A stretch of DNA of 64,000 nt, taken from the NCBI GenBank assembly GCA_023131895.1, contig JAGLYZ010000002.1, positions 43,364 through 107,363 of the forward strand, written 5' to 3'. Below the pieces are notes generated by a model. That model was not told the DNA's origin. It ran no database searches and saw only the letters and a program-made list of their open reading frames with translations. This DNA comes from Candidatus Parcubacteria bacterium. GTDB taxonomy: Bacteria; Patescibacteriota; Minisyncoccia; Minisyncoccales; JAGMDC01. The stretch's first letter is position 1. Every line of letters starts with the position of its first letter. Positions 45,418 to 53,948 of this stretch are shown here, piece after piece. Made by a program: the position numbers and the translations under genes.

Positions 45418-45807
45418 TTATTTTTCTAAAAATTTCTTGAAACGGCCTTCTTCTGCTAAAGTGTCGTGGAATAAATCTAAAAGATATGGGTCGTTCATTT
45501 TCCGAACCACTTCTACCGCATAAGCCAAACCCTGGGTTTGAGCCAAATCTAAAAGATGCTGGATCTTCCCTTGAACCGTTCCTTTTTTTATATCATCGGC
45601 TTGCTTTTGGGCTTGGACTTTTGTTTGAGGAGATAACTTAACCTTTTCAATCTCTTTTTCTATTTCTTTCCTTGCTTCTTTTTCCTGCTCGGTTAATTCT
45701 TTCTTTTCTAAAATCTCCTCCCTTTCTTCTAGGGTTTCTTTGGGAAAAACCTCTTCTCTGTATTCCTTTCCCGGTGCCTTTTCAATTTTTTTATTTGTTT
45801 CTTCCAT
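45418..45807 (-). CDS. E/K-rich small protein (129 aa)
   Basis: Charged N-terminal half, conserved-looking C-terminal helical region (LLDLAQTQGLAYAVEVVRKMNDPYLLDLFHD). Confidence 0.45.
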   Translation of the reverse strand: MEETNKKIEKAPGKEYREEVFPKETLEEREEILEKKELTEQEKEARKEIEKEIEKVKLSPQTKVQAQKQADDIKKGTVQGKIQHLLDLAQTQGLAYAVEVVRKMNDPYLLDLFHDTLAEEGRFKKFLEK

Positions 45808-45808
45808 A

Positions 45809-46648
45809 TTATTTTTGATTTACGATACTAAAATAAAAGTTTAAAACATCATTCATACATTCAACAATAAAACTCAAAAAATCGCTTCCATCGTGCTGGA
45901 CAGATGCTTTTTCTAAAGCATTAATATATATACCTCTTTTTTCTAAAGGAATAATAGTAATCGGATAACTGTCTCGCAAAAGCATTAAATTCATTAAAAG
46001 CCGGGCTGCTCTGCCATTGCCATCAGTAAAAGGATGAATATGAGTAAAGCAGAAATGAAATAAAACAGCTCTTTTTATAGGATGAATATCAATATCGTTC
46101 ATAATCTTTACAAATTCTTCCATTAATTCAGGAACTTTTTCTGGTCGAGGCAGAACATGACGAGAACCTTTAATAAATCGCTGGTTTTTTCTATAAAATC
46201 CAATGCCATATTCATATTCTTTTTCTAAATTTTCCATTGGTTTAAACAAAATTTTATGAACTTCTTTCATTAAATCTTCGTTTAAAGGATATTTTTCTTT
46301 TTCTTTAACAATTTCTTTGATAAACTTCAACGCCTTATTATATCCTAAAACCTCTAAATGATCTTTTAAGGGCTTGCCAGAGATAGTAATTCCTTTTTCT
46401 ATTACTAATGCGGTCTCACCCAAAGTTAAAGTGTTCCCTTCTATCGCCGTGGAATTATGAATTTCATCAATAGCAAGTTTTTCTTCAAGCGATTTTAACG
46501 ACCCTGCTGGCAAAGGCCTTAAAGAATTTAATTCCTTGTTTCGCTTTTCAATCTCTCTCAAATCCACCTTTTCAAAACTCGTCAGTACTTTATCCATTAT
46601 TTCCTTAAAATCCGCGACATAACTTTGTAATTGATTTTGATTAGACAT
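45809..46648 (-). CDS. Fic/Doc-family protein (probable AMPylase) with intramolecular inhibitory helix (class II)
   Basis: Canonical Fic motif HPFTDGNGRAAR (HxFx[DE]GNGRxxR) and upstream inhibitory motif STAIEGN ([ST]xxxE[GN]); 279 aa. Confidence 0.85.
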   Translation of the reverse strand: MSNQNQLQSYVADFKEIMDKVLTSFEKVDLREIEKRNKELNSLRPLPAGSLKSLEEKLAIDEIHNSTAIEGNTLTLGETALVIEKGITISGKPLKDHLEVLGYNKALKFIKEIVKEKEKYPLNEDLMKEVHKILFKPMENLEKEYEYGIGFYRKNQRFIKGSRHVLPRPEKVPELMEEFVKIMNDIDIHPIKRAVLFHFCFTHIHPFTDGNGRAARLLMNLMLLRDSYPITIIPLEKRGIYINALEKASVQHDGSDFLSFIVECMNDVLNFYFSIVNQK

Positions 46649-46651
46649 AGT

Positions 46652-47248
46652 CTATTTCTTTTCGCCTTGAAAATATTTTTCTTTCAAAAATTTACTAAAT
46701 TCTTGCATCTCTTTTTGGTAAACCAATATTCCCTCTTCTTGCTTGGCTTGAGGCAAATCCTCAACCACATCCGCTCCTTGATTAGTGATGGCAAAAGCCC
46801 CATAAATTCCCCGTGATTCTATATGAAGCCGAATATCAAAAGCAACTTCTCTATCTTTGTAAAACTCATCTAATAATTCAATCATTCTTGATTGGTGTTT
46901 TAGATTTTCTTTTTTCCATTCTTTTTGAACTGATTCACTCTCTTTTAAATTTTTTGGTTCAGGAGATTTAATCCAAACCCAAGGAGCCCTTGATTGATGT
47001 CCTTTTACCTCTATTTCTTCGGGGCGCTTGGCGGGATGTCCTTCACAAGATTGATATGTTGGAAATTCTAAAGCTTTTAGGGTAATTACAGTTTCTTTAA
47101 TCCCAGGATCAATAGGCCTTCCTTCGGCATCTGCTATTTTTTTAACTTCTTTCTCTATTTCTTTTAAGCGCTTTTCTTTTAAGGGTAACTTTAATTCTTG
47201 CGATTTCTCTTCGGCATTTTCAATTTTTGACTTGAATCTCTCTCGCAT
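46652..47248 (-). CDS. hypothetical charged protein (198 aa), N-terminus MRERFKSKIEN...
   Basis: ORF 4 nt from the Fic gene; N-terminal motif shared with neighbours. Confidence 0.45.
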   Translation of the reverse strand: MRERFKSKIENAEEKSQELKLPLKEKRLKEIEKEVKKIADAEGRPIDPGIKETVITLKALEFPTYQSCEGHPAKRPEEIEVKGHQSRAPWVWIKSPEPKNLKESESVQKEWKKENLKHQSRMIELLDEFYKDREVAFDIRLHIESRGIYGAFAITNQGADVVEDLPQAKQEEGILVYQKEMQEFSKFLKEKYFQGEKK

Positions 47249-47316
47249 AATTCTACTATATTTTTATTTCACTATTTGTTCTATTCTATCATAATTGAAC
47301 TAAAAATAAAGAGTTA

Positions 47317-47349
47317 TAACACATCGAGGACAGTTCTCGATGTATTTAT
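47317..47349. repeat. REP-like palindromic element AACACATCGAGGACAGTTCTCGATGTATTTATT overlapping the stop codon of the HExxH gene
   Basis: 8-bp stem ACATCGAG/CTCGATGT; near-identical copy at 48261-48293. Confidence 0.5.
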
Positions 47350-48254
47350 TTCTCTATATCTAAATATTCTTTAGCTTTTAACATATCTTTTTCAAAACTA
47401 TCTTGTAAAACATCAATCTCTTTATTATAAACATTTCTAACAGCTTCGGTTATAGTCTTTTTATTTTTAAACATTTCTTGCCAAAGTTCTTGTAATTTCC
47501 TTAATCCGTATTTTTTCTCAAGCCAAGGATAAACAAATCCCTCCCAACTTTTGATTTCATCTTCCCAATCTTTCCCGGTTCCTTCCCACGAAAAACTTTC
47601 GCTCTTTTTTTCTAATTCCTTTAATTCTTTTTGAGCTTGTTTAAATTGATATTTTCTAAAACGCTTATTGCCAAAATTTGTTCTAATTTTTTCTCCAATG
47701 AAAATAGAGACCATTTCTTGCTCCCATTTACTCTCTGATTCCTCATTACCAACTCCGCCAAAAAAAGGATGCAGATGCCCAAGTTCATGACCCACTCCGG
47801 AAAATATACCGCTACGAGCAGTGTTTTCAATCTCTTTTAAAAAAATTCCCTTTTTTTGTAATAAATCCTTATATTCTTCTATTTCCTCTTTAGTTAGAAC
47901 AGATACATACTTAAAAACACTTTTTGTCTCTTTATCAAAAGTTGCCGATTCCGGGGATATATTTGGAAAATTTTCCTTTAAGAATTTGGAATATTTTTCT
48001 TTATCTGAAAATAAATAGATTTTTGATTTCTCGCTTGCCATATCTCTTTTTGAACCCAATATCTTATCAACAAATTCTTTCACTTCATCAAATTTTTTCT
48101 CATCACCATCTTCTAAAATGTTTTTTATTTCATTATTATAATAAATCTCAAAATTTTCAGATGTTAACGGCCCTTCTTCAAAAATATCTTCTTTTTTTTC
48201 TGTCATTTCTTTTTCTTTTCCATATTCAATTTTTGGCGTAAATTTTTCCCTCAT
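47346..48254 (-). CDS. putative zinc metallopeptidase-like protein (HExxH), N-terminus MREKFTPKIEYGKEKE...
   Basis: Single HELGH motif within GVGHELGHLHPFFGG; otherwise charged and uncharacterised; 302 aa. Confidence 0.45.
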   Translation of the reverse strand: MREKFTPKIEYGKEKEMTEKKEDIFEEGPLTSENFEIYYNNEIKNILEDGDEKKFDEVKEFVDKILGSKRDMASEKSKIYLFSDKEKYSKFLKENFPNISPESATFDKETKSVFKYVSVLTKEEIEEYKDLLQKKGIFLKEIENTARSGIFSGVGHELGHLHPFFGGVGNEESESKWEQEMVSIFIGEKIRTNFGNKRFRKYQFKQAQKELKELEKKSESFSWEGTGKDWEDEIKSWEGFVYPWLEKKYGLRKLQELWQEMFKNKKTITEAVRNVYNKEIDVLQDSFEKDMLKAKEYLDIEK

Positions 48255-48260
48255 AAATCT

Positions 48261-48293
48261 AACACATCGAGGTCTGTCCTCGATGTGTTTATT
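48261..48293. repeat. REP-like palindromic element AACACATCGAGGTCTGTCCTCGATGTGTTTATT overlapping the RAYT stop codon
   Basis: 11-bp perfect stem ACACATCGAGG/CCTCGATGTGT. Confidence 0.5.
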
Positions 48294-49014
48294 AATTTAT
48301 TAATATTTCTTTAAAATTGGAATCGGCCATTTGTTTTTTGAGCAAAAGCCATTGTTTAATAAAATGACGGCTATTATCTACACTGCCCATTAAGTTAGCT
48401 AATAACTCTCTGTTTGTTAATGAAGGATAATTTTTCCTGCCTAAATAATCAGGATAACTTGACCATTTATAACTTTCTAAAAACTCAATAATTTCTTCCA
48501 AATTTTTAATTTTAATTCCTTGTTCTTTCCATTTAGGAGCTATAATGGCCACTGGATTCGTATGGATATAAACAAATAATGTTTTTAATTGCTCATCATT
48601 TTTCACAAGAACTGCTCTAAATTTTCCCCCGAAAACATGACCCTTTCTTTCGTATTTCTTATTATAATAGATTCCATAACCTGCTCCAATTTTTCTCATA
48701 AACTTACTAATTCCGCTGTCGCTAATTTGTTTGACTAATAAATGAACATGATTTGGCATCAAACAAAACGCCAAAATCTGTATCAATATCTCTCTTTTCT
48801 TTCTTATAACTTTGCCGAGAACTGTTCTCGGCAAAGTTTTAGCAGTCTTGTGACGATAACCTGAATCAATTGGATTTTCGTCGTTGAATTCAAATAAATT
48901 ATGAAGAAAACGAAAATAATCCTTTTCATTCCTAAAAAGATTCATTCCTTCAACTGCTCGAATAACAATATGGTATATTTCTTCATTTACTAACGGTGGC
49001 CTTTTAATTGGCAT
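48292..49014 (-). CDS. IS200/IS605-like HUH tyrosine transposase of the REP-associated (RAYT / TnpA_REP) type
   Basis: Y1-transposase fold signatures: YHIVIRAVEG, HUH motif LMPNHVHLLV, catalytic-Tyr helix (IYYNKKYERKGHVFGGKFRA); 240 aa; flanked by palindromic REP-like elements. Confidence 0.8.
   Translation of the reverse strand: MPIKRPPLVNEEIYHIVIRAVEGMNLFRNEKDYFRFLHNLFEFNDENPIDSGYRHKTAKTLPRTVLGKVIRKKREILIQILAFCLMPNHVHLLVKQISDSGISKFMRKIGAGYGIYYNKKYERKGHVFGGKFRAVLVKNDEQLKTLFVYIHTNPVAIIAPKWKEQGIKIKNLEEIIEFLESYKWSSYPDYLGRKNYPSLTNRELLANLMGSVDNSRHFIKQWLLLKKQMADSNFKEILIN
48808..48838. repeat. perfect 14+2+14 palindrome AACTTTGCCGAGAAC-TG-TTCTCGGCAAAGTT inside the RAYT coding sequence
   Basis: Read directly; encodes ...KTLPRTVLGKV... 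in frame; shares the CCGAGAAC..GTTCTCGG core with elements at 49025 and 53949. Confidence 0.5.
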
Positions 49015-49024
49015 ATTATTTTTA

Positions 49025-49051
49025 ACTGTCCGAGAACGGTTCTCGGACAGT
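49025..49051. repeat. REP-like palindrome ACTGTCCGAGAAC-g-GTTCTCGGACAGT between the RAYT start and the CaCA stop
   Basis: 13-bp perfect arms; ends 2 nt before the CaCA stop codon. Confidence 0.5.
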
Positions 49052-49052
49052 G

Positions 49053-50006
49053 TTATTTTACGAGGATCTCGGTGATGATGAAAAGGATGTAAACTCCTAA
49101 TAGAAATAGTCCTTCTTTTTTGGTAATTTTTCTGTCAGAACGGACAAATATTAAAAAGAATAAAGCAGCCATAATTAAGAAAAACCGAGCAACAGCGTAA
49201 GGAGAAAAACTAACGATTTCAATCGGACAAATAATAGCTACAATGCCTAAAACTAAGGTAGAGGCGACTATAACAACACCCATTAAATCGCCTAAAAGCA
49301 TCCAATTCTGGCCTTGCCGGGCTGAAAGCATGGTAAAATACGCTTCTGGAAAAGCATTGCCAATGGCAATAATAAACATTCCAATAAAAACCAAAGAGAA
49401 ATGAAAGGTCTCTGCAAAATAATAAGCTGATTCTACCATTCCTTTAGAGGCTGCGAGTAAAATAATTATTCCAAAGGCTACTTTCCCCAAGCCCTTAAAA
49501 AAATCTTTAAAACTTTTTGCGCTAATTTTATTCCCATTATATGTCTTGCTGAATCTTTCTTTTTTAGAGAAAAGCCAAAGAGCATAAAATATAAAAGCAG
49601 AAATCAAAACCATTCCATCGCCTCTTGATAAAACGCCGTCAAAAATTAGAAAAAGAGGCAAAAGAGCAATAATGAAAGTAAAGACCGCTGATGACTGAAC
49701 CATCTTGCTCCTAGCTGGTATTCCCTTGCTAATAAAAGCAGACAAGGCAACAATAACTGTTAAGTCAAGAAGATTGCCGCCAAGCGTATCTCCAAAAGAA
49801 AGCTGAGGAACTCCTTTAAAAGCAGATAGAATGCCAAAGAAAAAATTAGGCGCAGAGCCGGCAACAGCCACTATAAAAAAAGCAATGACAAATTCCCTTA
49901 ATTTTAAAAAACAAGCCATTTTTACTAATCCATCAACAAGCCACTTTCCAGACAAGAAAAGCAAGAAACAAGAAACAAGAAAAAGTAAAATATAAAAATA
50001 AAACAT
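49053..50006 (-). CDS. Ca2+/cation antiporter (CaCA family, YrbG-like), paralog 1
   Basis: 10-TM architecture with two alpha-repeats (GDTLGGNLLDL, GNAFPE); 317 aa; about 50% identical to the next gene. Confidence 0.8.
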   Translation of the reverse strand: MFYFYILLFLVSCFLLFLSGKWLVDGLVKMACFLKLREFVIAFFIVAVAGSAPNFFFGILSAFKGVPQLSFGDTLGGNLLDLTVIVALSAFISKGIPARSKMVQSSAVFTFIIALLPLFLIFDGVLSRGDGMVLISAFIFYALWLFSKKERFSKTYNGNKISAKSFKDFFKGLGKVAFGIIILLAASKGMVESAYYFAETFHFSLVFIGMFIIAIGNAFPEAYFTMLSARQGQNWMLLGDLMGVVIVASTLVLGIVAIICPIEIVSFSPYAVARFFLIMAALFFLIFVRSDRKITKKEGLFLLGVYILFIITEILVK

Positions 50007-50009
50007 AGA

Positions 50010-50981
50010 TTATTGAGTTAATAATTCACAAAATACAAAAGTAATATAAATGCCTAATAGAAACAGAGCTTCTTTTTTAGTAATTTTGCTATCAGTCCGA
50101 ACGCAGAAGAAAAAGAACAAGGCTGAAAGAATTAAGAAAAATCGAGCAACAGCAAAAGAAGAAAAATTAATTATTTCAATCGGACAGATAAAAGCAACAA
50201 TTCCTAAGACCAAAGTAGCAGGCACCATGATTGAGCCCATTAAATTGCCTAAAATCATTCCAGTCTCCCCCCTTTTAGCAGAGATAATAGCAAAATGTAT
50301 TTCAGGCAAAGCGTTTCCAAGGCCGACAATTAAAATACCGATTAAAGGCAAAGATAAATTCCAGTTCTGCGCGAAAAAAGAAGCTGACCTCACTATTCCT
50401 TCTGCTGCTACTAACAGTAAAACCAGGGATAAAATGACTGTAGTCAAGCTCTTTATAAAAAGCTTAAATCCTATAATAGTATCTTTTTTTTCTTCTTTTT
50501 CTTCTTCTTTATAAACTTTTTTAAATCTTTCTTTTTTAGAAAAGAGCCAGAAAACATAAAACATAAAAGCAAAAATTAACAAAATTCCGTCTCCCCTGCC
50601 TAATGTCCCGTCTAAAATTAAAACTATTGGCAAAATAGCTACAGCAATTGTAAAAATTGAAGAAGTTTGAATAAGCTGGCCTTTTGCAGGGATAAACGTT
50701 TTTGAAATTAAGACAACCAAAGCCACTGCTAATGTTAAATCAATAACATTGCCTCCCACTACATCTCCAAAAGAAAGCTCAGGAATTTTGTAAAGAGCTG
50801 AATTAATTCCGACAAAAAGATTTGGAACAGAGCCGGCAAAAGCCATAACAAAAAAAGCAACCACAAATTCCTTCCATTTTAAAAACCTGGCTATTCTAAT
50901 CAATCCTTCAACTAATAGCCTTCCTGACCAAAGAAGAATTATACAAGAAAAAACAAAAATAAAAGTATAAAAACCAATCAT
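50010..50981 (-). CDS. Ca2+/cation antiporter (CaCA family, YrbG-like), paralog 2
   Basis: Same architecture (GDVVGGNVIDL, GNALPE); 323 aa; tandem duplicate. Confidence 0.8.
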   Translation of the reverse strand: MIGFYTFIFVFSCIILLWSGRLLVEGLIRIARFLKWKEFVVAFFVMAFAGSVPNLFVGINSALYKIPELSFGDVVGGNVIDLTLAVALVVLISKTFIPAKGQLIQTSSIFTIAVAILPIVLILDGTLGRGDGILLIFAFMFYVFWLFSKKERFKKVYKEEEKEEKKDTIIGFKLFIKSLTTVILSLVLLLVAAEGIVRSASFFAQNWNLSLPLIGILIVGLGNALPEIHFAIISAKRGETGMILGNLMGSIMVPATLVLGIVAFICPIEIINFSSFAVARFFLILSALFFFFCVRTDSKITKKEALFLLGIYITFVFCELLTQ

Positions 50982-53635
50982 GCTTTTTTAGTTATAAAAT
51001 ACCATTTCGTTGCCTCAATCAAGATTAAATTAGAAATTCCTATTCCTAAAATCAATTTCCAGTCATACCAATTTAACGGCACAGTCTTTAAAAGCGTTTG
51101 TAAAGCCGGAACATATAAAGCAGCCACCAAAGCTGTTAACCCAACAATCCAGCTCAAAATTAAAAGCTTATTAGAAAAAAGATTTATATGCCAAATATTT
51201 CTTCTTAAACTCTTGCAGGAAAAAATATAAAAAAGAGAATCAATAGCTAAAGCTGCAAAAATTATTGATTGAATATGCGTATGGCTATAACCAGAATATC
51301 TTAAAAGCCAAAAAAACAGCGTTAAAAGCAAAATATCTGTAATAATTCCAATAATAAAAATCAAGGCCTTCATCTCATTTGTTAAAAGAGAACTGCCTTT
51401 TTCCTGCGGTTTTCGCTTCATTAAGTCCTTTTCTTTCGGCTCAAAAGTTAAAGCTATGCTGGGCAAACCATCTTCAATTAAATTTATCCATAATATTTGA
51501 ACAGCAATAACAGGCAATGGCAGGCCTAAAACAATACTTACTCCAATTAAAATGGTCTCTGTGAAAGAACCTGAAAGCAGATAAGTAATGACTTTTCTAA
51601 TATTATCCATTATCGCCCTTCCTTCTTCTATTGTAGCTACAATAATATTAAAATTATCTGTTAATAAAATTAGATCTGAAACTTCTTTTGCTACATCAGT
51701 GCCTGAACCTAAGGCTATGCCAATATCAGCTTTTTTAAGAGCTGGAGCATCATTAATTCCGTCTCCTGTCATTGCCACCACTTCCCCTTTTCTCTGCCAT
51801 GCCTGAATTATTCTCAATTTATGTTTTGGTTCAACTCGGGCATAAACTTGAATGTCTTTGATTCTTCTTTCAAATTCTTCATCTGAAAGCTCATCTAATT
51901 CTTTGCCTTCTATAATATTTTTTTCTTTTATTCTAAAGCCTATCTCCTTAGCTACTGCTTTAGCAGTTAGTTTATGGTCTCCAGTGACAATCATTGGCCT
52001 CATACCCGCCTTTTTACAAATCCTTATTGCTTCTTTTGCCTCTTTTCTAACAGGATCTTTAAGAGCAATAAACCCTAAAAAAGTTAAATCCTTGACTTCC
52101 TCTTCCAAACTTTTTCCTTTTTCATTTTTACTTTTTACTTTTTTCTGTGCTGTTGCTACCACTCTTAGCCCTTTTTCAGTTAATTCTTCTAATTGTTTAT
52201 TTAATTTCTGTTTTAATCTATCATTTAACAGTCTATTTCTGTTTTTAATTAATAAATGAGAAGAAAGAGAAATTATTTTTTCAGGCGCGCCTGAAACATA
52301 CAAAATATTCCCTTTTTTGTTTTCCTGGCGCAAACTGGCAATAAATTTGTTTTCAGGATTAAAAGTAATCTCGTCAATTTCTAAATACTCTTTCTCCAAG
52401 CTTGGCTTTTCAAGACCAAGTTTTGCGCCAGCTGAAATAAACGCTTTATCAGTGGGCTCGCCCTGAATCTGCCAAACAGGATAAAGATCTTCAGGATTTT
52501 CTATAAATGCCTCACTGCATAAAACAGCGGCTTTTAAAGACAATGCCTTTGTTTTTTTATCAGAACTAATAATTTCTGCCACTTCCATCCTCCCCTCAGT
52601 CAGAGTCAATGTTTTGTCAGTGGCAATAATAGAAGTGCTCCCTAATGTTTCTGCCGCTACTAACTTCCTTACAAGGCCTTTTCTTTTCAGAATTCTCATC
52701 ATTCCAAGGGCTAAAATCACAGTTACAGCAATCGGAAGCCCTTCTGGAATAGCAGCCACAGCCACAGCCACAGCCACTTCAAACATCTCTAAAGCGCCTT
52801 GACCCTTAAGCAAACCTGCTAAAAAAATATAGACAGCAAAAATAGTAACAATCAGCCCGATTTTCTTACTCAAAACAGCTATCCTTTTCTGGAGAGGCGT
52901 TTTTTCTTCTTTAGTTTCTTTTATTAAATCAGCTACCCTGCCTATTTCTGTATCTTTGCCAATTTCAGTAATTACTGCTTTGCCTTTCCCGCCTTCTATC
53001 ACGCAACCCATATATACCATATTATCCCTGTCAGCTACTGAAGTTTTTTTAGGCAAAATATCTGTTGTTTTTTTAGCTCGCAGCCACTCGCCAGTTAAGG
53101 GCGATTCATTTATTTTGAGTCCGTAATTCTGGATTAAACGGCCGTCAGCCGGCACCTTGTCTCCAGCAGACAAAACAATAATATCTCCTGGCACAAGATA
53201 TTCAGCGTCAAGCCTTCTTTCTCTGCCTTCTCTGATTACTTTGGCTTTTATCTTAACTATTTTTTTCAATTCTCTTAACGCTTTAGACGCCTTGTTTTCC
53301 TGAAAATAGCCGATAACAGTATTAAAAATAATAGCAGCCATAATAACAATACTGTCAGTATAAAGTTTGAAAACAGCAGTGCCAATTCCAGCAAACACTA
53401 AAATATAAATTAAAGGGCTTTTAAACTGCTCAAAAAATATCCCTGCCTTAGATAGATGTTTTTCTTCAGGAAGCCTGTTTAGTCCAATTTTTTTTCGCCT
53501 CTCAACTACTTCTTCATTAGACAGACCTGTCTCTTCATCAGTTTCTAAAATTTTAACAACTTCCTGGATAGAAAAATTATGCCAGCTTTTTTTAGACATT
53601 ACTCTATTATAACAAACTTTAGTTTGATATACCAA
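50978..53635 (-). CDS. cation-transporting P-type ATPase (P2-type, Ca2+-ATPase-like) with atypical phosphorylation-site motif DKTLTLT
   Basis: TGEW/PADG actuator motifs, PEGLP, phosphorylation loop IATDKTLTLTEG (Gly of DKTGT replaced by Leu, codon TTG), KGAPE-like, MTGDGINDAPALKKADIGIALG hinge; 10 TM; 885 aa. Confidence 0.9.
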   Translation of the reverse strand: MVYQTKVCYNRVMSKKSWHNFSIQEVVKILETDEETGLSNEEVVERRKKIGLNRLPEEKHLSKAGIFFEQFKSPLIYILVFAGIGTAVFKLYTDSIVIMAAIIFNTVIGYFQENKASKALRELKKIVKIKAKVIREGRERRLDAEYLVPGDIIVLSAGDKVPADGRLIQNYGLKINESPLTGEWLRAKKTTDILPKKTSVADRDNMVYMGCVIEGGKGKAVITEIGKDTEIGRVADLIKETKEEKTPLQKRIAVLSKKIGLIVTIFAVYIFLAGLLKGQGALEMFEVAVAVAVAAIPEGLPIAVTVILALGMMRILKRKGLVRKLVAAETLGSTSIIATDKTLTLTEGRMEVAEIISSDKKTKALSLKAAVLCSEAFIENPEDLYPVWQIQGEPTDKAFISAGAKLGLEKPSLEKEYLEIDEITFNPENKFIASLRQENKKGNILYVSGAPEKIISLSSHLLIKNRNRLLNDRLKQKLNKQLEELTEKGLRVVATAQKKVKSKNEKGKSLEEEVKDLTFLGFIALKDPVRKEAKEAIRICKKAGMRPMIVTGDHKLTAKAVAKEIGFRIKEKNIIEGKELDELSDEEFERRIKDIQVYARVEPKHKLRIIQAWQRKGEVVAMTGDGINDAPALKKADIGIALGSGTDVAKEVSDLILLTDNFNIIVATIEEGRAIMDNIRKVITYLLSGSFTETILIGVSIVLGLPLPVIAVQILWINLIEDGLPSIALTFEPKEKDLMKRKPQEKGSSLLTNEMKALIFIIGIITDILLLTLFFWLLRYSGYSHTHIQSIIFAALAIDSLFYIFSCKSLRRNIWHINLFSNKLLILSWIVGLTALVAALYVPALQTLLKTVPLNWYDWKLILGIGISNLILIEATKWYFITKKA

Positions 53636-53676
53636 ATTTCTGATTTGCTATAGCAATTTATATTTAGAAATAAAGT

Positions 53677-53714
53677 AAAGAAAAAGAGGGATTGATTAAT
53701 CCCTCTTTTTCTTT
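53677..53714. terminator. perfect 15-bp-stem hairpin AAAGAAAAAGAGGGA-ttgattaa-TCCCTCTTTTTCTTT between a small acidic ORF and the P-type ATPase promoter region
   Basis: Read directly; also a perfect 12-bp palindrome TTGCTATAGCAA at 53645-53656 just upstream of the ATPase start. Confidence 0.4.
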
Positions 53715-53721
53715 AATTATT

Positions 53722-53820
53722 TTACTCTTCAGATTCTTCTTTTTTTTCTTCTGTTCCTCCTTCTTTAGCTTCTCCTTCTTCTGTTTCTGTCTCTTCCTGC
53801 ATTAAAAATTCTGTTGTCAT
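53722..53820 (-). CDS. possible small acidic peptide (32 aa, MTTEFLMQEETETEEGEAKEGGTEEKKEESEE)
   Basis: Short ORF immediately followed by the perfect hairpin; could equally be non-coding. Confidence 0.2.
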   Translation of the reverse strand: MTTEFLMQEETETEEGEAKEGGTEEKKEESEE

Positions 53821-53948
53821 TTTTTTAATTAGTTTATTATTTTATCAGAGAGAAAACAAGCCGACTACCTTTGTAAAATCTCTCATAATCAAATGATAGA
53901 TTAAACAAAAAACTTGTCAATACCAGTTATCCACAGGACGAAATAACT

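Larger units (their letters stand above)
48261..49051 (-). mobile_element. RAYT-REP unit (REP-associated tyrosine transposase flanked by cognate palindromes); non-autonomous REP copies at 47317 and 53949
   Basis: Gene content plus flanking palindromes sharing the GAGAAC..GTTCTC core. Confidence 0.5.

Noticed and set aside
50050-50514. 154-aa plus-strand ORF
   Set aside because: Entirely antisense to the well-supported CaCA antiporter gene.
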